Translations under genes and position numbers: made by a program | Notes under the pieces: model-generated | Databases searched by the model: none | Seen by the model: the letters and a program-made list of their open reading frames with translations, nothing else | Told to the model about the DNA's origin: nothing | In this document: positions 47,783 to 60,800 of the stretch, one piece after another | How positions within the stretch are numbered: the first letter of the stretch is position 1 | Layout: each line of letters opens with the position of its first letter | Source: Vitrella brassicaformis CCMP3155 | Lineage: Eukaryota; Protista; Chromerida | Assembly (NCBI GenBank): GCA_001179505.1 | Contig: CDMY01000466.1 | Location: 124,001 to 188,000, forward strand | Length of the DNA: 64,000 bases | Direction: 5' to 3'

Positions 47783-49786
47783 AGCCGCTGCGGGTGATGC
47801 GGCCAAGTCCATCCTGCAAGTCGCCAACACCCTGATGAGCAGCAACGGCGGCGGCGCACCGGCCGCACCGGCAGCAGCTGCAGCAGCACCGGCAGCAGCA
47901 CCGGCAGCCCAGGCAGGAGGATCAGACATTTCGGCTATCATGGGTGCGCGCACACTCACGCACTCACTCAGACAGAGAGACTCCTCACCTCCATCCCATC
48001 TTTCCACCGATCTGCACTTGGAGACATTGTCTTGTCTGTGTGTGTGTGTTGTGTGTGTCAGCCGCGGCGGGTAAGGGTCTTGCCTCCCTCGCCAGCGGGA
48101 TCGACAACGCCACGGCCAACCCCGGAGGTGCGGCTGCGGCTGGAGGTGCCACACCTCCCACCGGCATCGCTTCCCTCCCAATGGTGGGACCTGCCGGCAA
48201 CGCGTCTACAGGCGGCAACGCCTCGGCTGAGGCCGGTCCCAAGTTCGCTGGTTTTGCTGGGGGCGGCGTGCCAGTGCAGCATGGGGCAGCCCCAATGGAC
48301 CCCACACAGGCTCTCGCCGGTGAGTGAGTCGCGAGACACGTGTGACATGTGGGCCACTCAGCGAATGCGTGCCCGCCCTACTGTGTCTCTTCCGTCTGGT
48401 TGGGTGCAGATTTGGCAGCTCGTGGCATCGGCAACTTGGTGGCCAACACCCAGCAGGCGATGGCCAAGCAGGCCACTGCACTCATGCAGAACGGCGTGCC
48501 TGAAATGTACACGGCCAACCTTGGCGGTGAGCCTCTGCACCCACTCAGCACACAAATGACCCATCTCTCTTGACCTTTGTGTATGCACAGATCTGACCCG
48601 CACTCGTATGGGCAAGCGATTTCAGGACAGCCCCAGCGCCGCGCGTCAGCAGGACCTCATGAAGGAGCTGGAGCAGAGGGCCGGCAACATGCCCCAGCCC
48701 CAGCACCCCTCATCCTTTGTCTACAACAGCCCCAGCAAGCCCAACAAGGCCGCCAGCGAGGGCGAGGCAGCCACGCCAGACCTCAACCAGCTCATGTCCC
48801 TCTATGACATCCGCCAGCAGCGGCCCCTAGTCAACGAAGCCGAGAGGAGGATCGACGGCCGACTCAACCAGCTCAATGATATTGCCTCGGCGCGCCCCCT
48901 CACCAGCGTCATCGCGTCGGCCGCAAACACGGCCGCATCCGCTCTGCCCGTCTTCAGCTCTTTTGGCCCCGCAGCCACGATGACGGGCCAAAAGAGGCAG
49001 CTCAAGGCCGAGGACGGCATGGCTGCCCTCAACTCCCTCCTCCCCGGCCTCACTGCATCGTCAGCAAGCGACTCCCGGCCAGTCATCCAGACCATTGTTG
49101 ACGGAGAGGAGGAGGACGGCACCATCACCGCTCTGCAGGCCGACAGCGAGAACCCCACGAGCAGGCGGAACGCCGCCGCATCCCCCGAGCAGGGGGGCCT
49201 CCTCGGCGGCCGTCTGTTCGGCGGGGGCGGTGGCGGTGGCGGGATTGTGCAGGGCCTGCAGAGCATCAACGTCGAGGAGGGCCTCAAGACGGCGGCGGGC
49301 ATCGCGAGGCAGGCGGGCAGCGTTGTCAAGGGCATCGGGGAGTTCCGCAACACCGTCGCCTCATCCCTCGCCGCAGAGGACGAGGAACTCACGTCGCTTC
49401 AGTGCGTCGAGATGGGCGGCTGTCCTGAGTACTCGACCTGTCAGTACAAGCCGCTTGAGGCCGCCGAGGGCCGGAAGAAGGTGCTGGGGAAGGCCATGAC
49501 GACCATTTTTGGTCTGGAGGAGGGCGAGGGTGTGTTCGGGGGCAACAGGGGGCGGGAGGTGGAGAGGGAAATTGAGTGCTTGGGCTGCATCGAGGGCTCC
49601 AAGATGAGAATGAAGCGGAGTGGCGGATACACATGCTCAAGGGTAAGCGGGCAACCGAGCCACCAGTGACGTTGGAGAAATCCATGTCTGTGTTGTGTAT
49701 GTCGTGTGTTCGTTCAGCCAAGGCGCTCTGAGCGGCCGACTGCAGCAGAGGACAAGAAGCCAGCCAAGAAAGCAGAGAAGAAGTGA
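47783..49786 (+). CDS. Ala/Gly-rich protein with a C-terminal six-Cys cluster, unknown function (5' end uncertain)
   Basis: Exons are linked by GT-AG introns, including ORF 48608..49669. C-terminal CVEMGGCPEYSTC..CLGC..YTC. Last exon ..KKPAKKAEKK* ends at 49786. Confidence 0.6.
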
Positions 49787-50126
49787 TGGATCCAGTGCAT
49801 GATTGATGTGGCGTGCTGAGGTGTGCTGTGCTGTGCTGTGGTGTGCTGCACCATCAAGGGGGAGACGTTAGGCCAACCACAGCCTCCCTCCCTCCCTCCC
49901 TCCCTCAATGAATCGAATCATGGCATAGTGTAAACACGCATGCGATGCGATGCGCAATTCGGTAGTTTTATTTTCCCTACTCCCCTCCCTCGTGTGGTAC
50001 CTGTGCAGTGCTGTGAGTGCAGCATGCGAGGGAGGGGCGATCGTTTTTACGGAGCGCTGACGAGACGTACGGGCTGCGGGTGACTTGTCCTTTTCTTTTG
50101 CTCGGTAGGTGCTCGTGTGGGGGGGG

Positions 50127-50426
50127 NNNNNNNNNNNNNNNNNNNNNNNNNNNNNNNNNNNNNNNNNNNNNNNNNNNNNNNNNNNNNNNNNNNNNNNNNN
50201 NNNNNNNNNNNNNNNNNNNNNNNNNNNNNNNNNNNNNNNNNNNNNNNNNNNNNNNNNNNNNNNNNNNNNNNNNNNNNNNNNNNNNNNNNNNNNNNNNNNN
50301 NNNNNNNNNNNNNNNNNNNNNNNNNNNNNNNNNNNNNNNNNNNNNNNNNNNNNNNNNNNNNNNNNNNNNNNNNNNNNNNNNNNNNNNNNNNNNNNNNNNN
50401 NNNNNNNNNNNNNNNNNNNNNNNNNN
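50127..50426. other. Assembly gap (300 N)
   Basis: Run of N flanked by poly-G. Confidence 1.
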
Positions 50427-51344
50427 GGGGGGTGGTTGGGTGGTTGGGTGGTTGGGTGGTGTCGATACGATACGATAGGCGGGGGGAAGGAGAGAGAGAG
50501 AGAGATGCGTTTGTGTTGAGTTGTCAGTGAGTGTGCGAGTGCGAGAGGGTATGTGTAAGTGTATGTGTTGTACCTAGGGTGGGTAGGTGAGGCGGTCGGC
50601 GATCGGGTAGGTCAGCTTTTTGTGAGTGCCTCACTCGCTCCTGCAATTATCATCATCATCCTTATTGTGTAGATACACATGTCATAAGGGTATACAGGGT
50701 GGGGTACGTACGTAGTCACTCTTCTTGTAGGTAGGTAGCTCACTCGCCACATTTTTCCGTCTGTCTGTCTGTCTGTGTATCTGTGTATCTGTGTATCTGT
50801 CGGTCGGTGATTAATGTGGGCTGGCTGCGGTGCGGTGCGGTGCGGTGCGGTGCATGTGAGTGTGAGGGCCACAGACATGCACCTCACGTCACGTCACGTC
50901 ACGTGTGTGTGTGTGTGTGGATGTGGCTGTACAGTGCAGAGTGTGTTTGTAGGAGGGGAGGACTATCATAATAACACACACACACATGGATTGATGGATG
51001 AATTCACCCACTGCTGCAGGCCTGGCAGGTGTGCAGCAGTGCAACCAATCAATCGCATGATGGACGTGTGGGTGTTGTTGGTGTGGATCATGTGTATGCC
51101 GTGTGGTGTGGTGTGGTGTGAGAGACGCGATGCAATCCGACACTTTATTGAACATTCACTCACCGATGCACACAAGAGTGAGTACAAAGCATAAGCAATT
51201 GTTCGGTCGGTCGGTCCAGTGAGCTCTCCGCTCATACACCAGCCCTCTTCCCCCCCCCCTCGCTGCAGCAGCGCTATGCAACCCTTTTCTATGCACACAC
51301 TCCTCATAAGGAACACAGAGTGGATCGGCCCATCCAGGCATCCA

Positions 51345-51644
51345 NNNNNNNNNNNNNNNNNNNNNNNNNNNNNNNNNNNNNNNNNNNNNNNNNNNNNNNN
51401 NNNNNNNNNNNNNNNNNNNNNNNNNNNNNNNNNNNNNNNNNNNNNNNNNNNNNNNNNNNNNNNNNNNNNNNNNNNNNNNNNNNNNNNNNNNNNNNNNNNN
51501 NNNNNNNNNNNNNNNNNNNNNNNNNNNNNNNNNNNNNNNNNNNNNNNNNNNNNNNNNNNNNNNNNNNNNNNNNNNNNNNNNNNNNNNNNNNNNNNNNNNN
51601 NNNNNNNNNNNNNNNNNNNNNNNNNNNNNNNNNNNNNNNNNNNN
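51345..51644. other. Assembly gap (300 N)
   Basis: Run of N. Confidence 1.
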
Positions 51645-51986
51645 GGTCGCCAGCCCGCCCTCAAAGCGCGTGTTGACGAAAAATATGTACACTCGACCAC
51701 TCCCCTCGCATCTCATCTCATCTCATCCCATCTCATCGCATGACAAACACCGAACGATGGACGAAAAATGCCCTCCTCTCGGTGTGATGCTAGCTACTGT
51801 CGCATGGACTGACAGACTGGCGTGATTGATCTACACATCTTTCACTTCTCTCTCTCTCCCTCCCCCTCCCTCTCTTCATTTCGGCAACAAACACCAACAA
51901 CACGCAAAAAGGTACGCACAGACGAGTGGAGAAGCTCTCTTGAAGGCATGTGTGGGTCAAATGGAAGAAAGGTGCTTTACTTGTCT

Positions 51987-53479
51987 TCACTTTGGCGCCG
52001 CTACTGCTGCTAGTGCTGCTGCCGATGCCGCTGAGGGCGGGGAGTAGCCCATGTTGTGGCTCTTGGAATACCTCTCCATGAAGCGCATGAAACGGTCCCA
52101 CTGCTGCTGACCGTACATCACAAACCGGGCCTGCACACACACGTGACACAGAGAGAGAGAGAAAGAACCGTCGTGGACTGCGTTCTCCTCCCCTCTGTAT
52201 CTCCCTCTCTCTCCCCCCCCCCCNNNNNNNNNNNNNNNNNNNNNNNNNNNNNNNNNNNNNNNNNNNNNNNNNNNNNNNNNNNNNNNNNNNNNNNNNNNNN
52301 NNNNNNNNNNNNNNNNNNNNNNNNNNNNNNNNNNNNNNNNNNNNNNNNNNNNNNNNNNNNNNNNNNNNNNNNNNNNNNNNNNNNNNNNNNNNNNNNNNNN
52401 NNNNNNNNNNNNNNNNNNNNNNNNNNNNNNNNNNNNNNNNNNNNNNNNNNNNNNNNNNNNNNNNNNNNNNNNNNNNNNNNNNNNNNNNNNNNNNNNNNNN
52501 NNNNNNNNNNNNNNNNNNNNNNNCCCTCTCTCTCCCCCCCCCCCTCTCTCTCTGTTGGACGGACCGCCCCTACCGTCATTTTTGTGGGTTCTCCGTCGAC
52601 GTATCTGAAAGCAGAGGGTGGATCGGATAAGCACTGCCTGCCTTGTATACCCCCCCATTCATCGCCTCACGTGCATCTGACGTCTTTGCCCAGCTGGACC
52701 CCCTCTTCATCGATGAGGTACATGCCCTGCACGTTGCCCATCTCAGGCTCCAAATCAGCAAACATCTTGCTCTTCTGCAGACAGACAGACAAACACGCAA
52801 CAGAGGGCATAGCGTACGTCATGTCCATCTATGCGATGCATGAGTCGACTTGGCGCTCTCCCGCTGAAACTCACGTTCCAGATGAAAGTGGCCCTGCACA
52901 AAACAGCACAACACAACACGTGACGACAGCAGTGGCAGACACATGACTGACGGGCGGCACGGCATGAGTGTGCGGTCGGGTGGTTGCTTACGTTGAGACG
53001 GTACCGTCGGGTGCCCTCTTGAGTCTCACCTCCTGCGGCACATACTCCTCCACCCCTTCCATGAACTCGATGCGGGCACCTGTCGCACCGCCACCGCCCT
53101 GACACACAACAGGAAGGCACAAACCATACAGACTGACAGGCTTGTGCCTTCCAACTGATGGAACACGTCGTCTGTGTGCGCGGTCGCCTGGCGCCCGCCT
53201 GTCTGTGCGTGCGGTGGTGTGTACCTCAGGTGTTGATGCAGCAGCGGTTGCGGACAGATCTCTAAGGCGGCGGTATGGCCGGACAGCCGCGCTGCGGATC
53301 ATGGGGGCGAAGCTGTAGGCCATCCCTGCACACACACCACACACACACAGACAGCAGCAGCAGCAGCAGCAGCAACAGCAACAATGAGATGAAACGGAGA
53401 TCTCTTCTCACGTTTGCTGGCTTCTCCCACCAGTTATGGGCAGCAGGCCGCAGATGAGGAGGAAGGTAAGACGCGCCAT
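51987..53479 (-). CDS. psb28: Photosystem II assembly factor Psb28, nucleus-encoded with bipartite plastid leader
   Basis: MARLTFLLICGLLPITG|MAYSFAP (signal peptide plus Phe motif), RIEFMEGVEEYVPQEVRLKRAPDGT, GMYLIDEEG, YVDGEP and WDRFMRFMERY are diagnostic Psb28 motifs. Confidence 0.95.
52224..52523. other. Assembly gap (300 N) inside a psb28 intron
   Basis: Run of N flanked by C/CT tracts. The flanking exons join in frame without it. Confidence 1.
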
Positions 53480-53674
53480 TTTTCACCAGACAAGTCACCA
53501 GATGCACCAGATATGTATCTTGCAGGCCTCAACAGCTACACTGAGCCCTCAGGCAAACGGATGGATGGGTTTTGCCCTTTTTGGGTCACGATCGCGAGCT
53601 GAGCCCGCAGAGGGTAGGAAAGCAGCTGAGCGGAAAAGACGTCGTCAAAGGCAGCGGGTTGTCCCGTCACTTCA

Positions 53675-55812
53675 ATGCTCAAGTGCGTTGGGAGCATTTT
53701 CGCCCGGGCAACCAAATCGTCACTGATCTCATCATCCTTATCATCCTCATCAGCAGCAGGTCCTGGTTGGTGCAATGTGTGGTGCGTCCTCCTCACGCAG
53801 ACAAGAACATACTTCTTCGAATCAGCGTGAGATGGAAAAAGAGCTCACCATGGTTGAGGCGATGTTGGCATGTGTGTGTGTGCGCGTCTGTGCTGCCAGG
53901 AAGCACATCATCCCCCATCCGAACAAGAAGCTCAAGGGCGGGGAAGATGCAGCCTTCTGCGGATACAGGTCAGATAGATGGACGGATGAAAGGCATGCAG
54001 CCCGCACCACCACAACGTGTTGTTGTGGCTGTGCTGTTGCTGCTGTGGTGATGTGTGTAGGTATTTGGGCGTGGCGGATGGCGTGGGTGGGTGGGACTCG
54101 GTGGGCGTGGACGCTGGACAGTACTCAAAGGAACTGCTGCAGAGGTATCAAGGGAGGAAGGAAGGCACACACACAGAATGACACACAAGCGTGCCTTTGA
54201 CCTGCTCTTTGTCTGTCTGGTGTGTAGGGTTGAGGAGGCGTTGCGTGAGCACGGGAGGCGTTCCCGCTTCACCCCCTCCCCTCTCGAGATACTCAAGGCG
54301 GCATACCACAAGACACAGGCCATAGGATCATCGTAAGCACCATTACATGACAGACAGACAGACAGCCAGGCAACATTATTCTATTAATGTCTGTCTGTCT
54401 GTCTGTCTGTGTGTGTGGATGCTGTTCAGTACGTGTTGTTTGGTGTTTCTTGACCACTACAGCCGGTCCGTCCGCACCGCCAACCTGGGCGACTCGGGGT
54501 TCCTCCTGTTCAGGTCGACGACCACTGGACTTCTTTGGCCTCCTTCCATCCATCTATCCATCTATCCATCCATCCATCCACTTGTTGATTCGATTCATCT
54601 GCTTGTGTCGTGTCGGTCGTGTGTGCAGGCCGTCGGTGCATGAGGTGGTGTTGAAGTCAGAGTTTCAGTGCCACGACTTCAACTTCCCTGTACAGCTCGG
54701 TCGGTACACGCTCTCTTCTTTGCCGTGCATCCGGGATGAGAGTGTGCGCATCATTCGTTTACTCTCAGGCACGGGCTCCTCTGACCTGCCGGAACACGCA
54801 GACGTCACGGTACGATGATGCTCGCTCGGGCGGCAATGCGACACCCACTTAGTTATTCGTGTGTGTGTCACGGTTCGTTGAGGCAGGAGGCGCCCACTCA
54901 GCCGGGCGATTGGGTGTTGCTTGCGTCGGATGGTGTGTGGGACAACCTGTATGACGACGACATACTGCGCGTCCTCGAGAGGGCCCCCAACCCCGTGGTG
55001 AGTGAGTGGCAAGTCACGTGAGGCAGGCGGAGCGGGCGGGGGTCAGCCAAGGGAGGGGAGAGAGACAGACAGAGAGGGTGTGATGCAGCCAATGTTGACC
55101 ATCAAATGCTGATGTAGCTACTGCTGGCTGATGGAGACAACCATTCTTTTACCTGATAGCTGACCCCACACACCACACCACACCACACCACACACCCACG
55201 TCTGATGTCTATGTCGTATGTATGAGTGTTGGTATGTCCGTCGATGTGCTATCCTCTGGTCTCTCTGTGTGCTGTCCATCAGTTGGCCGCCGAGGAGATC
55301 GCCAAGGCCGCCTACAACCACTCACTCGACACGTAAACACACGCCATCCAGCACACGACGGAAGGTTGATGGACTGCCCTTTGGGAGTGTGTGTCTTTGT
55401 GTGCAGCAAGCGTCGTTCGCCCTTCACTGAGCGCGAGAGGAGTCACAGCATGCAGAACAACACCACCGGCGGCAAACCCGACGACATCTCCGTCGTCGCT
55501 GCCAAAGTCAAGTGTGTATACACCCAGACACGCACACCACACAAAGGCAGCCCATACACCACACATACTCACACACGTCGCATCGCGTATGTATGTCTCC
55601 GTCTAACCCATCTGTGCAGGGATCCTTACCAGATGCGCCGTGAGGATGTGCCCGACGAGGTGGCCCAGCTGATGGGGCTCGACGCCAAGGCAGCCCAGGA
55701 CGGGCAGGAGCAGGAGGCCAAGCGGGGGTTCCACAGAGAGCTCAAGAAGATGAAGAAGCACAACCGGGCAGAGGAGTGGCGGGCGGTGATGCGCGGGGAA
55801 CACTCGTCATAG
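53675..55812 (+). CDS. PTC7: PTC7-type PP2C/PPM protein phosphatase, multi-exon
   Basis: MLKCVGSIFARATKSS.. presequence-like start. Motifs FFESA|KHIIPHPNKKLKGGEDA, GVADGVGGW, ANLGDSGF, QCHDFNFPVQLG, LASDGVWDNL and GGKPDDISVV. Confidence 0.9.
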
Positions 55813-56560
55813 GCATGATAGCGGAGTAGGGAGCTGGACGAGAGGAAGAGGAACAGAGAGGGAGAAAGAGGGAGAAAGAGGGAGGGAGGGAGGGAGGGAG
55901 GGGGTTTGTCTGTCTGTCTTTCTGTCTGATGGAGACTTCTGCCAACGCAGGGATGACGAGTTTTTTGCCTCCTCATGCAGTGCATGGCTCCAGATGGCTG
56001 GCTCAATGGGGTGACTGACGGTACGTGATGGAGGGATGCGCCTGTGGGTGTGCGCGTGTGTGGTGTGTGACTGCACTCTACTGCACTGCCAAAGGGACTC
56101 TGGCATGTCAGACGTGTCAATTAACTGCTTGTGAGGGTCTTGCTTGCCACTCCACAATTCTCGGACACAACGGATGTGTTCCCGTCGGATCGGATGACAT
56201 ACGCGAGACGATTCATATTGTCACAAGCACTCACGTCGGCAGGAAGTCAGCACGTGCACCACACCCAGGGAAGAAAGCCACCAAGGCAGATCGATCAGAT
56301 ACCCACCGACCCACCGACAGACAGACACATCCACCAGCCAGAGCTGATGGATGGATGGATGGAAACACAGTCATATATACACACACGGCACCGTCACCGT
56401 CACACACTCACATTCATATCGTGGGCAATCGTCCCTCTCGGCAGTCACCGGCCCGCCACAGACAGACAGCTATACATACCTACCTACCCTGACGAGAAGA
56501 AGACACACGTCAAGAGAGAGGGACAAACACACCACATCCACCTTTCCCTCCCTCCCTCAG

Positions 56561-57571
56561 TCACACATCCACATGAACCCTCCCCCTGTTGATGGTGTGC
56601 TCCAGACCAAATCGCCTCAGCACACTAACAGCGCGGCCCATCGACACATTGAGGCGAGTGTCACCAGCAGCAGACCGCTCCGTCGTGTGCAGCTCAATCG
56701 CCCCCGCCACCCACTCCACCAGCAGATGCGCCGCGATGGTCTCGCCACGCCGATAGCCGCTGACAATGACAATACGCCATTCATCCATGGGCCCATGGAG
56801 GTCACCCCGGTCCCAGCAGTAGTCCACGACAATCCCCTCGTCTCTGTCGATCTCGCCGGCCAGCAGCGAGAGGTAGCCCGGGTTGTCTCTCCGAATGTGT
56901 GTCCGCAGGGTCGCGTGTGGTGCGCCACACGACCACACACGACACAGGCTTCGCAGAAGGAATGACGTGAAAGACGGGAAGAGCCAATCAGACCGAATCA
57001 CCGGATCTTTTCTGTCGTAGGTGCCAGCGTAGCGGTGGCCTGCCGGCAAGGCGCCCAGCGGCACCACTCGAACGCTCAAATTGCCGATGTGATATGCCCC
57101 GTTGGCGGATTGCTGCAGGGCCAGGGTGTGTCCGTGGTGAGTGAGGTGGTGGCCGAATGTGCTGTAGATGGCCATGGCGAGGGGCAATCGGTCGAAGGCC
57201 GCTCTTGTGCGCAGGTTGGCGGCCATCCAGTCAGCGGACAGCACCAGAGGCAGCCTTGGGGTTAGTCCATATATGGCGGCAAGTTGGATAAACATGCCCA
57301 TCAAGCGCCATTCCCTCTCTGCTCGTTGCAGGACCCATGCGCACCGGAGCAGGTAGGCAAATCTGCCCAGCAAGGAAGCGCAGCGGTTGACGTCGATGAG
57401 GCCATTCAGCGAGCGGCAAGAGATCTCGGCGTCGATGATCCGCAGCAACTCATCACAAGTGACCGCGTCGCCGACTGCGTGCGATGTGCTGCGGAGGTTC
57501 ACCAGCTCCCTGAGGGTAAGAAGGGGCACCACACGCCCGCCCCAGAGCTCGAGAGGTAGAAACCATTCCAT
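56561..57571 (-). CDS. Intronless lineage-specific protein with N-terminal F-box-like motif
   Basis: Single ORF from ATG 57571 (MEWFLPLELWGGRVVPLLTLRELVNLRSTS, F-box-like LPxELW) to the stop at 56561. Related to the gene at 4354-6900. Confidence 0.7.
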   Translation of the reverse strand: MEWFLPLELWGGRVVPLLTLRELVNLRSTSHAVGDAVTCDELLRIIDAEISCRSLNGLIDVNRCASLLGRFAYLLRCAWVLQRAEREWRLMGMFIQLAAIYGLTPRLPLVLSADWMAANLRTRAAFDRLPLAMAIYSTFGHHLTHHGHTLALQQSANGAYHIGNLSVRVVPLGALPAGHRYAGTYDRKDPVIRSDWLFPSFTSFLLRSLCRVWSCGAPHATLRTHIRRDNPGYLSLLAGEIDRDEGIVVDYCWDRGDLHGPMDEWRIVIVSGYRRGETIAAHLLVEWVAGAIELHTTERSAAGDTRLNVSMGRAVSVLRRFGLEHTINRGRVHVDV

Positions 57572-57586
57572 ACTCCCTGACAGCAG

Positions 57587-57650
57587 CAGGGTTTCCAAAC
57601 CCCTAGACCCTCAAAACCCTTCCGCTTTGTGCCATGAAAGGTGGTGGCAG
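57587..57650. promoter_or_regulatory. Telomere-like element CAGGGTTTCCAAACCCCTAGACCCTCAAAACCCTTCCGC
   Basis: Lies between divergent ATGs 57571 and 57884. Paralogous to 61907-61973. Confidence 0.55.
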
Positions 57651-57883
57651 CCTAACAGTATGCGCCCAGAGGTCCTGTGTATTACTTCCGAGGGTGAGAG
57701 ACGAAAAATACAGAAAGAACCATCGAGAAGCGCTATGGTGCTCGCTGGTTGGTTGTGCTGCTCGTTGCAGGTGCTGGTCTATTCATCCTTTCATCCATCT
57801 GGCGTCGGGCTCCCATGTGGCAGCGCGTCTTGTCGGCCAGCCTCCTTAGCGCCATGAATGAGGGCTGATCTACGCCAAGGGGT

Positions 57884-60800
57884 ATGACCAACTTGGGTCC
57901 TCGCCCAGCTCTTGTCGTCGAAGCGGCCATCCGTCTCCTCTCGTCGCCAGGGGAGCTGCCAGAGGGTGCCCTCGAGAGCAGCCTTGAGGCGCTGGGCGTT
58001 GCCAAGAGGCTGGGCCAGGGTGGGTGCGAGGCCCTGAGGAAGAATTTCCGCAATGGGCGACTCCTGGAGCGCGTGTTCGATGCTTTCACCGACAGCGGCA
58101 ACACGGCCAGCCAGGACGACGCGGCAAACATGTGCGCCGTGCTGATCCAGAGGGCAGAGGCGCACCTCACGCACGACATCATCCAGCTGTGTGGATCGCC
58201 TCAACGGTTCATCGGCAGGCTGGCCACACTGCTGACAGAGACCGACAATGACAACATCGCGGACGTCGCCTTCGCGCTGCTGCATGCGGCCATACCAAGG
58301 GCAGGAATGAGGGCAATGCGGCCGACTATCGAGACCATTGTGTGCAGCACCACCCCGCCATCTTCGACAAGGCAGTGGCGCTTTCGGGCAAGACGGGGGT
58401 CAGTGCAGCAAGTCTGGCCTTCCTGCTGTCGGCCTTTTCGACGGATAATGAATTCGGCCCGGCCTTCCCCGGCCCTGCTGCCGTGCCTCCTCTGGTGTGG
58501 GTGGGGGTGTTCCGGACAGTCGTGGGCGTGCTGACGTGTGAGGACCAGGCAACTCGGGACAAGTTGTAAGCGACTATAGATGACACACAGGCAGACAGCT
58601 GCATTTCCTTCCCCTCTTTCTTTGATGTATGACTGCTTCAGTGCTGCCTGTTTTGAGCACGCCGTAGCACTCGTCCGCCACCACATGCACCGCGTGACCT
58701 TCACAGGTAGGAAGTAAAGTCAGTCAGACATACAGACAAACTCACACCACTTTTCCGCCACCTGACTCCTTGTCGTCTGTCGGCTGGCGCAGGGTCGGAT
58801 GATGAGCGTGCTGCGTACCTGGCTGCCATCCGTGAGGACATCTGCCCCCTCGTCGACACGTTGGCGGCCACCCTGACATCCTCCGACGCAGACAAGGCGG
58901 TGCGTGGGGGGGCCAAGGTCTGCCTCGAGTTCATCTTCGGCTTCTGCTGCGATTTCAAGAATGTCACACAGATTGGTGGGTGAAAGGGCAGACAGACGGC
59001 CCGCTCCGAGTGTGACCTCAGTTGCTGAATGCGTGTGCCCGTCCTTGTGTGCGTCTGTGCAGATGCCGAGTGCTTCAATGATGCCGACGGGCCCGTCCAG
59101 CGCTTGATGAGAGTGCCCAATGCGCTGCAGGCGTACGTCGCGGGCGTCAAGAGCCCCACCAATACCCTTGCCTCTAGGATTAGGATCACCACGCTGCCCC
59201 TGGCTCTCCCGCAGATGCTGGCCGGTGGGCGAATCAAACGAGGGATGCATGAGAGGGAAGTGAATGAATGCCTCCCTGTGGATGTGTCGCATAAACGTCT
59301 GCAGACTGTGGCCATCGTGATGCCGTGTACTCTTCCGGATGCATCTCGATGGCGTCGGATATCGCCAAGCGCCTCGACAAGGAGTCCGATGAAAAAGTGG
59401 CATTCTGTGCGGGCACTCTTTGGAAAATCGTCGGAAGCGACACAGACCTCACCGACGCGCGCGCCCGGGTCAGTCCCGCAGGCCGAAAGGCAGCACGGAT
59501 GGATGGATGGATGCGGCCATGGCCATCGTGTGGTGCTCATTTTCAGATCGCTGTGCGTGAAGGCCTTCCAGGAGCCCTGTGTGAGATGACCATCGCCTGC
59601 ATCAAGGGTCAGATCGACCAACACAAGGTGGACGGCTTCATCAACTTCGCTATCAGAGCTCTGCGCGCACTCGTCAGGTACGCACACACACACGCCTGTG
59701 GTGGAAGATAATGTGTGGATGTCTTCTCGGTGCAGCTACGGTGATCGCATGAGCAGCCGAGGGGGCAGGTTCCGTCCCGACAGCGTCACGCAGGCCATCC
59801 TCCAGCACGAGGCCGTCAAGGCCATGCGCGTGGCCGGGCGGCAGCCAGGTAGACGCAAGGGACACCAGCGGCAGCAGCAGCAGCAGCAGCAGGCGACAGT
59901 GCCCAAGGAGGTGGGAAATGATCCGCACGTGACGCCTCACACGGACAGTGTCCATATCAGTGTATGTGTTGTGTGTTAGCTGTTGGAGCTGTTTGACGAG
60001 ATAGAGAGTGCGGCCAGCGAGCGGACCGAGAAGATCATCGCAGAGCTGGACATTGAGGGCACGCAGGAGGGGGCCGAGGACACCAACGGCAGTAAGGGCG
60101 TCAAGAAGAAGACCAAGGGCAAGAGGGGCGGCAAGGGAGCCTGTACCAAGGAGTCGCCATCACCATCCAGGTGACCGCCAGATAGGGAAAGAGCGCATCC
60201 ACAAAAATGAACGGAATGCGTGTGTGTGTGTGTGCCGATCGACAGCTGTGGTGCCATCGGCACATCCGAAGACCGCAGCGAGCAGCCGGAGGAGGACGCA
60301 GAAGATCCTTATGGTCTGCCCGGCCCTCCCAGCCCGTCGCCCCCCTCCCCTCCCCGACCCTCATGCTCATTCTCGTCTGCATCGGCGGCTGCGGCTGCTG
60401 GCAGTGGGCAGCAGGTGGGGGCGGGCGATGGTGGTGATGTCGAGGGCGGCGGCTTCATCACCGTCGGCCGCAAGAAGAGGGGCGGCAAAGGCACTGGCGG
60501 CCACACACAGCAGCAGCAGACCAACACGGCTGACAAACGAGATGACAAGTGAGACCGACCAAAGCACTCCACCACACTCAGCACTGACTACTCCGGTGTG
60601 CTTGTGTGTTCAGCTCGAGAGTCTTCCCGTCTTCGTCTTCGTCTTCGTCCGAGTCGACGCGGCCCTCCTCATCGCACTCGTCTGTGTCTGGCGGCCCCCA
60701 CAACGCGCCGCCCCTGCCCTTCCCTCTGCCGCCCCGCCCGGCCGCCCCGCCCCCACGGCCTCCCAACCAACACACATCCACGCCAGCACCGTTCAGTAGC

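Noticed and set aside
49800-51980. ORFs spanning the N gaps, and microsatellite tracts
   Set aside because: Artefacts of N translation and simple repeats. All four gaps are exactly 300 N, indicating placeholder lengths.
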